Part shown: positions 1 to 11,676 of the stretch, in pieces | Layout: the number at the start of each line of letters is the position of its first letter | Position numbering within the stretch: the first letter of the stretch is position 1 | From: Octopus sinensis | Taxonomy: Eukaryota | NCBI RefSeq assembly: GCF_006345805.1 | Contig: NW_021832733.1 | Span: 1-32,979 of the forward strand | DNA length: 32,979 nt | Reading direction: 5' to 3' | Notes under the pieces: generated by a model | What the model was told of the DNA's origin: nothing | What the model saw: the letters and a program-made list of their open reading frames with translations, nothing else | Database searches by the model: none | Position numbers and translations under genes: made by a program

Positions 1-82
1 CAAGTGTCTTCTACTATAGCCTCGGGCCGACCAAAGCCTTGTGAATGGATTTGTAGACGGAATCTGAAAGAAGCTCGTCGTA
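1..82 (+). mobile_element. SINE family B, partial (cut by window start)
   Basis: caagtgtcttctactatagcctcgggccgaccaaagccttgtg...gaaagaagctcgtcg matches 28975-29045 and the reverse complement of 23224-23310; followed by (TA)n as in the other copies. Confidence 0.85.
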
Positions 83-353
83 TATATCTATATATATATA
101 TATAATATATATATATTATTATATATATATATATTTGTATGTATGTAGTTATATACATATATAAATGGATGAATGAATTTCCTTTGTTTACAGTTAACAT
201 GGAATCTTCAATAAACAGTTACCCGGTTAGCAAAATTCACGCAAGTAACACGGATGAAGCGACCTATTCAAAAGTAGAAACTCCGGGTTAATATGCAGTA
301 ATTTGTATAATATAAGTAAATAAATGGAGTTGAACGCAGGTGTTATTCAAATT

Positions 354-449
354 CTTTTACTTTCGAAATATGTTTCGAAGACAACATTGGTTTTATTCCA
401 AAGGAATAAACATTGTAAAATAATGTAATCTTCTCATCAGGAAATAAAG
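354..449 (-). ncRNA. Hammerhead ribozyme-like motif with long helix II, probably degenerate
   Basis: Minus strand: ctttatttc-CTGATGA-gaaga...tcttc-GAA-acatattt-C-gaaagtaaaag; helix II contains the extra hairpin tttattcc-ttt-ggaataaa; helix III differs from the palindrome acatatgt at one base. Confidence 0.55.
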
Positions 450-954
450 AGAACCTATCTCAACAAGACATTATAACAATTTTGATGAATGCATAAATGA
501 TAAACAGAACGCTATTAAGTACTTTAAAAAACCGTTAGTAGATCTGACATCAAAGGCAGACCATAGGAAGAGAAGGGGTAAAGAAATAAGTAGAGAACAA
601 ATAAAGAGGGATATATTGGTTTAAAAAATGTTCAAAGGTTTGGAAGTAGATTTCTCTATTGAAGTGCAAGGTTAACCAAATGTTCAAACTATACAGAGTG
701 GTATAAATCACTTATATGAGCTAAAGGTATGTTCATAGTAAATCGTGTTCTGCGTTAGAAATTTCACCAGTACACGAAGTTTCAAACTGTTTAGATAAAA
801 CAAAATCATCAAAAAATCTGTGAGCGAAACTGAACAGATCCAAAAAATTAAATGAAATGTTTTGTAAATATTTCCAGAGTCTTCATCTTCTGTTTTTTAA
901 TATTTGCGTGGGTATTATTCAAAGATACTTGTACCAGCGTCATATGTGGTGCAA

Positions 955-1157
955 GCTTTCAGAAGAAGTTTATATTTTGTGATAAAATGCGATTCTTTGC
1001 TAATGCACTGATTATATGTTCCGTTGTCCCTGAATTTATAGAGGAGAAAAATTCTAAAGTCTGGTAGTTCATTAATGGCGCATATGTCGTTGAGTTCACA
1101 TAATGCTATTTTTCTGTATTCCCGTATTTTAATCTGGGAACAACGTACGGTCATATT
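955..1157 (-). pseudogene. GIY-YIG endonuclease C-terminal fragment (PLE)
   Basis: MTVRCSQIKIREYRKIALCELNDICA...PDFRIFLLYKF...ISKESHFITKYKLLL fits the R..H...I...H...F......E..FI..Y.P.LN pattern of PLE GIY-YIG tails, recognised by eye. Confidence 0.55.
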
Positions 1158-1895
1158 CTGGGGGTAGACTTCTTAAAATATCTAGCTTCCGTATCAACAT
1201 TTTCTGTACCCATAAAACTATCTCTTTAGATCTGTCACTAACTACCGAACCCTCACAAGCGAAAGGGGAGAGAGAGATATAGAAAAAAAGGCAAAATGTC
1301 CCAACTTTTTGAAGATTATGGAAATATTTATAAAACATTTATTATTTTTTTCTTCAATTCAATTATTTTTCTTATCTTACTCTTAAAACACTGAAACCGG
1401 TACTAGTCTTACAAAATGTATTTCTTGAGGAATGGAGAGATAGTGGAGTGAGAAAATGGGAGAGAGTTTGTGTGTGTGAGGGGGTGGGGGTGGTATATGC
1501 GTGCGTGTGTGTATGTGCCTGAAAGATAGCATTTTGAACAAGAGACAAAGAAAAAGCATATATATTTTTAAGTAGGTGGTCAGAAAAGATCCTTAATTTG
1601 GTTCAGCCAGCTGACCAGGGGGTCTGAAAGAAAAATGTTTTCAAAGTGAAAAAAATGTGTTTTTTCTTAATGCCAATGGAAAAGAGAAGGAAAGAAAGGA
1701 AGGAAGAGAGGAAGAAGAAAGAATATATTTATATCTATACAGTTGGTAAGTTCTTACAATAGAAGATGTCAAGTTGATTCTTGGTCTGTATAAATGGCAA
1801 GACCCGGTGGTTACTCTAATGGGGAGGGGGTCTGTTTTGATGAGGAATAATAAAAGTTATTTTTTAGAAAAAATTGTCATCATCATCATCATCGC

Positions 1896-1980
1896 TGCTT
1901 TAAATAGAATGTATCAGAGACAAAGATAGACGAATATACACAAGTATGTATGTGTATGTTTCTAGCGTGTATGGATATAT
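1896..1980 (+). repeat. ~85-bp local duplicate, copy 1 (partner 3919-4003)
   Basis: tgctttaaatagaatgtatcagagacaaagatagacgaatata... versus tgctttaaataggatgtatcagagacaaaggtagacggatata... Confidence 0.75.
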
Positions 1981-1983
1981 ATA

Positions 1984-2015
<32 letters not shown>

Positions 2016-2034
2016 CTATATATATATTATAATG

Positions 2035-2180
2035 AATTTTCGGCAAGAGAGATAGATAAAATGAGCACTAGGCCTAAACAATTACAGTTATGGGATTATT
2101 TCGTTCGAATAAAATTTTACAATGCGGAAATTCAACATGGCCACACTCTAATGGCTGGAACATGCAAAAGATAAAGATTA
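2035..2180 (+). mobile_element. Old, degraded 3' half of a family-B-like SINE
   Basis: ttcggcaagagagatagataaaatgagcactaggc...caacatggccacactctaatggctggaacatgcaaaagataaag is a diverged match to the 3' half of family B. Confidence 0.55.
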
Positions 2181-2257
2181 TCATTTTTATCTTTTCATGA
2201 ACGTCTTTCCAATGGAAAAAAGTTAATATTTCACTATGATAATGTTTTCATAAACGT

Positions 2258-2283
2258 TGATAGATAGATAGATAGATAGATAT

Positions 2284-2366
<83 letters not shown>

Positions 2367-2463
2367 GAAGGATAGAAAGATAGATGGATAGATAGAGCGA
2401 TAGATAGAACGAAAAAGAGAGAAAGATTATAGATAGTTGTGTACATGTCTTTCAGTGTAGATG

Positions 2464-2495
<32 letters not shown>

Positions 2496-2570
2496 TGTAT
2501 GTATGTATGTATGTATGTATGTATGTATGTATGTATAAGCGTGTGTGTGTGCGTGCGTGCGTGTATACAT
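2258..2570. repeat. (GATA)n and (TATG)n microsatellites
   Basis: Directly visible. Confidence 0.95.
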
Positions 2571-2572
2571 AT

Positions 2573-2683
2573 ATATTTCTTTATTGCTCACAGGGGGCTA
2601 TACATAGAGGTGACAAACAAGGACAGACAAAGGGATTAAGTCAGGTACATCGATTCCAATGCATAACTGCTACTTATTTAATT
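2573..2683 (-). mobile_element. SINE family A, 3' fragment
   Basis: tatttctttattgctcacagggggcta...ggacagacaaagggattaagtc matches the family A 3' end (compare 8068-8175). Confidence 0.8.
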
Positions 2684-2765
2684 TAGCGCGTGTACATATA
2701 GAAGTGTGTGCGTGTGTGAGTGTATGTGCGTATGTATATACATGTCTCTGCGTCTCTCTCTCTCA

Positions 2766-2809
<44 letters not shown>

Positions 2810-3918
2810 GTGAGTGTGTGTGTGTGTGTGTGTGTGGTGTGTGTGTGTGTGTGGACGCATATGTCAATGCATACATAGACACAAGTATATGCATATAGGT
2901 ATGCATATTATGCGTATGTGTGTGTAATAATTTATACTTTAACATCCCTCTGAAGAGTGCAATTTCAATGGAATATTGATAAAGTTCTTCTAAAATGTTA
3001 TTATTCAATAATAACAAAGTTAGTAGCACCTAAAATCGAACGTGGAAACACTTGCAAATCTTCAAGGATTCACTCAGATTCTATTGATGAAATCTTTGAA
3101 ACTTTGAAATCGAACATTCCTGTCACTTAAAATACTTGACTGTCATTTATACTGTATATTTTAAAATGAATCGTGTAAGCTTGTCAAAGTTTACCAGAAA
3201 ATATTTAGAGAAACAGTTTCTGCTGATTCAAGAAAAGTTCGTCCCTCTCTCTCTTTATATATGCGAGTGTGTGTGTGTGTACTTGTGTGTGTGCATGTGT
3301 GTGTATATGCATATGTATATATATATATGTATATATATATACTTATATATATACATATATAAATGCATATGTATAAACACAAATGCAAGCACACTCACAC
3401 ACACACACGCACAAACATAAATATATAAGCATGTATACATATATATGAAGCCAATTTAAACATACACACGCTTATATTCATATATTGATATAGATATGTA
3501 TATACACTACCCCATGTATTATATGTGCCCATGCATACTTGTATATACATACTTATATATGCATATACATATATATATATATATAATATATATATAATAT
3601 ATATATTATATATATATATTTATATATTTATGTACATTTATATATGCATGTTCATAGAGAACATTATATATTTATATATACCTATGTACTCACATTCACA
3701 TAACACATGGACGAGCATGTATGCACGCACACCCATACACACACACACAAACACACACATATATATATATATAAATGCATGTATACCGTTCAAAGATGAC
3801 GTATTTTGAATATGATGTATTGATGCATTACATGATAGCATTCTCTATTGTGTGCTAGAACGAAGATGTGAGTTGATATCGCTGTGAAATTGAGACGTAA
3901 TGGAAGCACGTTTATCTT

Positions 3919-4003
3919 TGCTTTAAATAGGATGTATCAGAGACAAAGGTAGACGGATATATGCAAATGTGTATGTGTACGTTTCTATCGTGTATGCATG
4001 TAT
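3919..4003 (+). repeat. ~85-bp local duplicate, copy 2
   Basis: See 1896-1980. Confidence 0.75.
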
Positions 4004-4012
4004 ATATATAGA

Positions 4013-4087
<75 letters not shown>

Positions 4088-4122
4088 ATATATACATATA
4101 TTACAAATACACACACACACAA

Positions 4123-4197
<75 letters not shown>

Positions 4198-4342
4198 AGA
4201 TAGATAGATATATAGATAGATATATAGATAGATAGATAGATAGATAGAAGATAGATAGATATATAGATAGATAGATAGTAGATAGATAGATAGATAGATA
4301 GATATATAGATAGATAGATAGATAGAAGATAGATAGATAGAT
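4000..4342. repeat. Compound (TACA)n/(TA)n/(CA)n/(GATA)n microsatellite
   Basis: Directly visible. Confidence 0.95.
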
Positions 4343-4730
4343 CAGGGTGTCCTGATACAGGATGGGACATAAAGATCTCCCAAATAATGAATGAATTTAA
4401 AACAAACTGAAATATTAAGGAAAAAGTTTATTATGTATTTGAAAATCACATGCAATACTGTCTATTTTACTGGATTTCAAAAGACGATACAAGGCAAATG
4501 CAGGCCGCTGTTGGCAATACATCGATGAAATCGTTTCCAGAAGTTCTCCATAACTCTCTGTATCATATCAGGTGGCATTGCGTTAATTTCGTCACAAATC
4601 ATGCCTTTCACATCCTCAAGAGTTCGAGAACGATGTTGGGGAACATTTGCCTTTAAGTAGCGCGAAAGGGAAAGGTCCCATGTGCTTAAATCTGGTGACC
4701 TTGCCTCCCACCCCACGTCTTCCCTCAAAG
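4343..4730 (-). mobile_element. Tc1/mariner transposon 3' end with transposase C-terminus (rosa/DD41D-like)
   Basis: ORF 4477-4728 WEARSPDLSTWDLSLSRYLKANV...RTLEDVK...EINAMPPDMIQRVMENFWKRFHRCIANSGLHL is a decayed WPPRSPDLxPxDFFLWGYLK motif; terminus CAGGGTGTCC at 4343 is a typical TIR end. Confidence 0.85.
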
Positions 4731-4914
4731 TTTGTGAGTGATTAATGCTGAATATGTAATTGGTAGAACTTAAAAAAAGAAAGAAGTCTTTGTGTAATTA
4801 CTAATGAATACAAAAATGAATACAAAAATGATAGATCTTAGTCTTCCAAATAATATTTGTCCTGCCTCTCTCTACTTCAACTTACACCCACGCGAATCTT
4901 CCCCAAAATGTGTA

Positions 4915-5327
4915 CCAGGGCGACCGAAGCTTTAGGCTTTATTAACTATCAATAAATGTGATAATACATGAAAAGTATGCATCATTATAAAACTTTCCTC
5001 TCTCATGTTTTCGTTTCAGATTAAATCAATACAGATTTATAAATTAGACAATGGTTATAGAACGAAAAACAATGATAGCCATTCACAAATGACTCGAAAG
5101 TAATACATCTATAGCAAAAAAAAAAAAAGCTCAAAATTAGTCGAAAAAGTAGTCTGGAAAATTATCAGGATATTTGAAAAGAATGGTTCCACCACTGATA
5201 AATCTGAACGTGACCGAAAAAGAAGTGTGCAGACCCCTCCGTTTATTAAAAGTTCCACAGAAAAGAAATCCTGATCGTTCCCCCAGAAAAACAGTCTGCC
5301 ACACCAAAAATGATCCGACCGTCGATG
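4915..5327 (+). mobile_element. Tc1/mariner transposon 5' end with decayed N-terminal HTH region
   Basis: TA-CCAGGGCGACC at 4913 looks like a TIR; from ATG 5051, across a stop and frameshifts: MVIERKTMIAIHK*LESNTSIAKK..LKISRKVVWKIIRIFEKNGSTTDKSERDRKRSVQTPPFIKS..RNPDRSPRK, matching the DRPRSGRPRSVRT...RRNPRRS.RK linker. Confidence 0.7.
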
Positions 5328-5364
5328 TATCTAGTGCTGAAGGAGGATCTCAGGTCCCACCTCT

Positions 5365-5596
5365 TATTTCTTTATTGCCCACAAGGAGCTAAACATAGAG
5401 GGGACAAACAAGGACAGATAAACGAATTAAGTCGATTGCATCGACCCTAGTGCGTAACTGGTACTTAATTTATCGACCCCGAAAGGTTGAAAGGCAAAGT
5501 CGTCCTCGGCGGAATTTGACCTCAGAACGTAGCGCCAGACAAAATGCTACTAAGCGTTTTGCCTGGCGTGCTAAAGTTTCTACCAGGTCGCCGCCT
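5365..5596 (-). mobile_element. SINE family A, full length
   Basis: Minus strand aggcggcgacctggtagaaactttagcacgcc...gaggtcaaattccgccgagg (B box)...aaagaaata; ~230 bp. Confidence 0.9.
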
Positions 5597-5773
5597 CTAC
5601 CACATGACCAACCGTCTTGAACACATAAAAGTTTATAAGATCAGGTGACCGGCGCGAATTATTTTTATCTTGCGTCAGATTGCTGAAGACATGCTGCTCA
5701 CCCTGCCGTTCACTGATGTAAAAAAAAAAAAAACATTGACATCGTACAGACAATAAACCATCAGAATACTTAC

Positions 5774-6590
5774 TTGTACTTGTGGCGACATTCACCCTGG
5801 GTGGGTTGAGTCGGCTCCTTCAAGGAAGAAGTTTCGTGGGAATATGTGGATTTCACAAACGGTCCCCCAAAATCCCGTATATAGAGACATTCTATTTGCC
5901 GCAGATTTTCCTCAGAGCCGCTGGTTGCCGAAACAGACACTCCGAGGATTTTCACCGGGTTGTGGCCCTCTATACCATTCAGTGTCAGACCAATCCGCCT
6001 TGGGTGGCCCTACCAGGAACTGAAGTTCCCGACGGCATAGCTCTGGCACTACCCGTTGCCAGCGTCTCCACCACGGTGAGGAGGGGATGGACTTTGGGGA
6101 ATTACCAACTTTGAAGAGTATCTGGCTCCGTCTAGCGTAGATTCGTAAATCAACGTCAAAATCCACAATCAGTTACTGTTTGGATGGCTATGACATCAAC
6201 TGGAAGGTCTCCCTTATTTTTGTGCCCTGGAGTATTAAAATCAACACCCAGTGATGCATTAACGACAATCTGTAACCTGAACTGCTTCCATGTGCAGAGG
6301 AGCGCTTTTAACGCGCACCTTGGAACCTCCAACAGGACTCGGCACTGCCCAACAGCTTCTAACAGAACAACACTGGATTCAGAAAAAAAAACCCATTCCG
6401 TCCTTTATAGGCAAGGATGTATACACTCAAAAATCATTGGGTTTCTCTCGTTGGTCCATTTTCCAAACGAGAGCTTAGAACACTCATGATGTGCTCGACG
6501 CTCTGAAGGTAAATCTGTGCCATTGATGGGTTTCGATTCCTCAAGAACATCTGCGTGCCGCGTGTGAAGCATCTGCACCGATACTAAAGG
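5774..6590 (-). mobile_element. Probable Ty3/gypsy gag-protease relic, heavily decayed
   Basis: Minus frames in the expected order: KALLCTWKQFRLQIVVNAS; QSPSPPHRGG; SW*GHPRRIG/SDTEWYRGP (like the CWYHxRFGxxAxxCxxPC knuckle); VSATSGS...LYIRD...CEIHIFP (like LYVRD...DTGAEISIFP). No LTRs found. Confidence 0.45.
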
Positions 6591-6756
6591 CTGTGATTCT
6601 AAACGGAATTGTTTATATCGAAGAAATGGGGAAGCTTCTTAATTATGTATTATGTCTCATTTACCATGGCAACGCTCGTAGCCGATATATAACAATATGT
6701 CAATATGGTGGTTTGGCAAAATTGAGAAATTTTGGCTGCCATCATTTTGAGACAAT

Positions 6757-7120
<364 letters not shown>

Positions 7121-8067
7121 TCAATTGGTAATGCAGTGTAACAAAGTTTGATTGAATAAATATTTTAAGCCTTACTGTTATTCCCAGCTTCTTCTTGGCT
7201 GAATCTGCGTTACATCATAGCATTATCACATTTGAAGAATAGAATAATAGATCTTTACAATCTAGGAAGCCATTTTATTAGCATTTCCAATTTAATAGTA
7301 ATCCTTAAACAATGGTGAATGCAACATATCTCAAAGAATCTATATAACTATATTAATCCAGCAACACTAAATTCAATAACGCACCATCCTTCAGGCTACT
7401 GAATTAAAAATACGATCACAAACGATTTTGTCTTGAGACAACCTGGTATTCCACATGAATTAGGCTTTTTGAAAACCACAGTCAGAGTTTTGTTTGTATA
7501 ATATCTTTTAAAAACAAATACCAAATGCACAGTATTCTAATAATCAACAGGCAATGCTTAGATTATTTCTCTTGCCAGATTTGTTAAAGCGATTTCTTAT
7601 TTTATAATGAACACTTGATCCAACTTGAAATTAGATTTATTTGAAATGCATTGAATGTAAAATCTAATACGCTTGTGTTTTGGGAGAATCGAAAACATCT
7701 GCGTCTTGTTTTGATTTTGGGCGTGTATCGTTTTAAAACGGCTACACCATTTTATTTTAAATCGAAATTATATTTCAAAATGGCAGGTCAATTAAATATT
7801 CATGAATATTTCACTACAGAATTTAAGGGTATCTTGTATGGAATTCTGTTTAACCGGATTTAAATTTTGCACATAATTTGCTATCTCATTATTTTTTTAA
7901 GTGTACTACTCATGCACACACAAAAGAGTATATACACATGGACACAAAAAGAAGCGTATACTGTATTAAAATTCTCATATATCTGTCTCCACTTATTTTC
8001 GGTTTCACAGAACATAGGTAAATCAAATTATATCTAGTGCTGAAGGAGGATCCCAGGACCCACCTCT

Positions 8068-8997
8068 TATTTCTTTATTACCCACAAGGAGCTAAACATA
8101 AAGGGGACAAACAAGGACAGATAAACGGATTAAGTCGATTACATCGACCCCAGTGCGTAACTGGTACTTATTTAATCGACCCCGAAAGGGTAAAAGGCAA
8201 AGTCGACCTCGGCGGATTTTGAACTCAGAACGTAGCGGCAGACGAAATACCTACTTCTTTATTACCCACAAGGGGCTAAACACAGAGGGGACAAACAAGG
8301 ACAGACATAGGTATTAAGTCGATTACATCGACCCCAGTACGTAACTGGTACTTATTTAATCGACCCCGAAAGGGTAAAAGGCAAAGTCGACCTCGGCGAG
8401 TTTTGAACTCAGAACGTAGCAGCAGATGAAATACCTATTTCTTTATTACCCACAAGGGGCTAAACACAGAGGGGACAAACAAGGACAGACATAGGTATTA
8501 AGTCAATTACATCGACCCCAGTGCGTAACTGGTACTTAATTTATCGACCCCGAAAGGATGAAAGGCAAAGTCGACCTCGGCGGATTTTGAACTCAGAACG
8601 TAGCAGCAGATGAAATACCTATTTCTTTATTACCCACAAGGGGCTAAACACAGAGGGGACAAACAAGGACAGACATAGGTATTAAGTCAATTACATCGAC
8701 CCCAGTGCGTAACTGGTACTTAATTTATCGACCCCGAAAGGATGAAAGGCAAAGTCGACCTCGGCGGAATTTGAACAAACAACGTAACGGCAGACGAAAT
8801 ACCTATTTATTTATTTATTAATTTTTGAATACATATGTTATCTGTGAATTTGCGCGTGTAATCTGGGAATACAATGCCCTTCTCTGCCGAAGGCAAAGTC
8901 GACCTCGGCGGAATTTGAACTCACAACGTAACGGCAGACGAAATACCGCTAAGCATTTCGTCCGGCTTGCTAACATGTCTGCCAGCTCGCCGCCTTA
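8068..8997 (-). mobile_element. SINE family A multimer: head fragment, foreign insert, and four 184-bp tandem units
   Basis: Units start at 8068, 8252, 8436 and 8620, and end at 8803 (period 184); SINE head at 8889-8997. Confidence 0.92.
8804..8888 (+). mobile_element. Piece of R4/Dong LINE 3'UTR embedded in the SINE array
   Basis: tatttatttattaattttt(g/a)aatacatat(g/t)ttatctgtgaatttgcgcgtgtaatctgggaatacaatgcccttctctgcc is near-identical to ~22403-22483. Confidence 0.9.
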
Positions 8998-9771
8998 ACA
9001 TCGCTTCAATATAGTGCAAAGTAGACAGCCGATTTGATCAACCTCAGTAAGTGGCTGGTATTTATTTCATCGATGAGACAAGAATCAGGAAACGGAAGTT
9101 TGAACTTGGTGGTATGAATTGGATATAGGCCAGGAACGGACGATATTAAAATTCGTACAGCCAAGAAGCAGTACCACCACTAATATTGAAACGACAATAT
9201 AACTTTCAGAGCTAAATAAAGAGAAAGACACAAACAACGAAAGGATGAAAAAGAGAGAGAGTCAAAGAGAAAAGATTCGGAGATCAATAAGCCATGATAT
9301 ATCATTGTCTCCAAAAGTTTTCCGTATTAGTCTGTTGCCTTGATCTCCGTAACCTGAAACTATTCAGGCAGACACGAGAAAATTATATAGACTTTTAAAG
9401 TATCATCCCACACACAACACACAGCTTATTCGTAAACATGATGATGATGATGATGTTGATGATGATGATGATGATGATGAGGATGATAGGAAATATATGC
9501 ACACACATACATTCATAATTATATACAGACACACAAGCAAAGACCCGCACTCTTAAACACATGCACATACGTACACACACACGCCCCCCCCCCAAATACA
9601 CACACACACATATATATATATAAAGCTGTGATTTCTACGTCTAAATAAGAGTAGTAATCTTCCCTTTCATGGGACTGTCAGATTAAGTTGATAATATACC
9701 ACCACTTTATCGTGTCACTACTGTATATATATCTCTCTGAGTGTTTTACAAATGTATTATATATATAGAGA

Positions 9772-9903
9772 GAGAGTTTACGAAATAAACAAAAGACGAA
9801 GAGACGCGGTGTACAAAACAAACAGATGTATTGATATAACGCTCAGGAATAGAAAAAAGTCTTTTACGTTTCGAGCATACGCTCTTCTACAGAAAGGGAC
9901 ACA
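9772..9903 (-). mobile_element. PLE-like terminal fragment with a minimal hammerhead-like motif (9861-9896)
   Basis: Minus strand cttt-CTGTAGAA-gagc-gtat-gctc-GAAA-cg-TA-aaag; adjacent to (TA)n(GA)n. Confidence 0.5.
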
Positions 9904-10126
9904 TAATAGACGTTTGAAAGCGCCACTATATAAGATAAATTATAATTTTCTTAGAGATTTTACATGTTTCGGTTCTTCTTGAAAAAACGAACCTTATCAA
10001 AAATATTTTTTAGATATTAAGTGTAATATAAAAAGTTCATAATTGTTTCTTACTAGTCTCAACAAAGTCCCTGGGGTGGTGTCTTGTGTGTGGGGGGTGA
10101 GCGCATAATGGCTGTCTTCTGACTAG

Positions 10127-10406
10127 GGAAGGGAAACACTCCGTCGGTTACGATGACGAGGGTTCCGGTTGATCCGAATCAACGGAACAGCCTGCTGGTG
10201 AAATTAACGTGTAAGTGGCTGAGCACTCCACAGCCACGTGTTCCCTTAACGTAATTTTCTCAGGGATATTCAGTGTGACACAGAGAGTGACAAGGCCGGC
10301 CCTTTGAAATACAGGTACAGCAGAAACAGGAAGTAAGAGTGAGAGAAAGTTGTGGTGAAAGAGTACAGCAGGGATCACCACCACCCCCTGCCGGAGCGTC
10401 GTGGAG
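10127..10406 (-). mobile_element. SINE family C, 5'-truncated, with 14-bp TSD
   Basis: Reverse complement of ~16802-17070; TSD tgtcttctgactag at 10113-10126 and 10407-10420. Confidence 0.9.
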
Positions 10407-10611
10407 TGTCTTCTGACTAGAATCGTTGGTAAATGTTTTTTGGTCAATATGTTCTCCTTTTGCTGTTCTTGATTTTCTACATTGTTGATATTAGTTAATC
10501 TGTGGGAAATTGTTCGCTTGTCTATTTTAATTTAAAAGAAAATGACATCTACAATATCTTTAGGCAATTACATGTGTTTGAACATATCAGAAAGGTTTTT
10601 ATTATAGCATA

Positions 10612-10992
10612 CTAGCAGTATCGCCCGGCATTGCTCAGGTTTGTAAGGGAAATAACTATAAAGCATTTTTAGAGAGTCATAACCAAAAAATAGCAAAAAA
10701 ATGGAAAAAATTATGGTAATTTTTTTTTGAGAGTAAAGAAAGGTGGAGTTGCGTCCCCTAGACAGTTTGCGGTTTGTGTTTCTGATTCTCGACCCCATGT
10801 CGAATTTATCGATTTTTTTCAGAAGTGGGCGAACTTCAAAATTTTCGCTGCGTTAGTTTTGAATTATGACATTGGGCTATGTGTGTGTCAAGTTTCATCA
10901 GAATCGGTTGAAAGCCGTGGTCAGGGTGAGAGTACAAGCAAACAGACACACAGAAACACGCACAGACAAACTGCCGTTTATATAGAGAGAGA
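10612..10992 (-). mobile_element. Non-autonomous Helitron
   Basis: Minus strand starts TCTCTCTCTATATAAA and ends cctgagcaatgccgggcgatactgCTAG; inserted between A and T, no TSD. Confidence 0.8.
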
Positions 10993-11676
10993 TACATAAA
11001 ATTGAAGCATACATCTTCTATTTCAATAAAAGATATGCAATGAAACATGTTAACATACTGGTATTTAATTTAAATACTAATTTACAAATGAAATGAAACA
11101 TGTATGTTTAAAGAATCTGGTGAATAAAAGTAGAGAGAGTTACAATAAAAATATGAACGGGTGGGGAGTGTAGTAGAAATATATGAGTAATATAAATAAT
11201 ATAGCTTCAGTCTTAAAATTACGTTCAGAAATTGATTTCCATTGACATAAAATCTTACTTGAAATATAATCTCTGTAACAACATAAAATATATAACTTTA
11301 GTTTCATTTATTCAATGCAAAGTTTTGTTCATATGGCGTTACGCTTATAGGTATATATTGAAATGGGTGCCTCTGTGGGCCGATGTCTCTCGTGATGTAA
11401 GAATTTCCTTGAGGTTTTGAATCAGCTAAGAGCATGTTGGCATAAAATATACAAAATGTGAAATATATTAAAGCAGAAAATAGCAGAATAACCCTGGAGA
11501 ATTCCCATTTCTCAACAGGCATACATGCAGCACTTCATTATAATATTACACATTTCAGATCTATGCGCTTTCTTAATTTTATGCACATTCATACACACAC
11601 ACACACACACATACACACTTGAATGTACATATGCAGTGTACAAGAATTTGGAAATATATTTGGTAATTCAATAGAA

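Larger units (their letters stand above)
165..1340 (-). mobile_element. Penelope-like retroelement remnant (GIY-YIG C-terminus plus 3' region with hammerhead motif)
   Basis: Minus ORF 915-1154 resembles a PLE GIY-YIG C-terminus; hammerhead-like motif lies downstream on the same strand at 354-449; abuts (TA)n. Boundaries approximate. Confidence 0.55.

Noticed and set aside
4995-5060. Good splice acceptor (ctctctcatgttttcgtttcag) suggesting a host exon
   Set aside because: Lies in the 5' region of the mariner remnant; downstream frames are decayed transposase
8068-8803. CRISPR-like or satellite array
   Set aside because: No unique spacers; units are SINE bodies in eukaryotic DNA
9276-9380. 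10-bp inverted repeat (cggagatcaa/ttgatctccg) and a possible minus-strand exon or pre-miRNA
   Set aside because: Interior does not pair; frames close quickly; no recognisable protein
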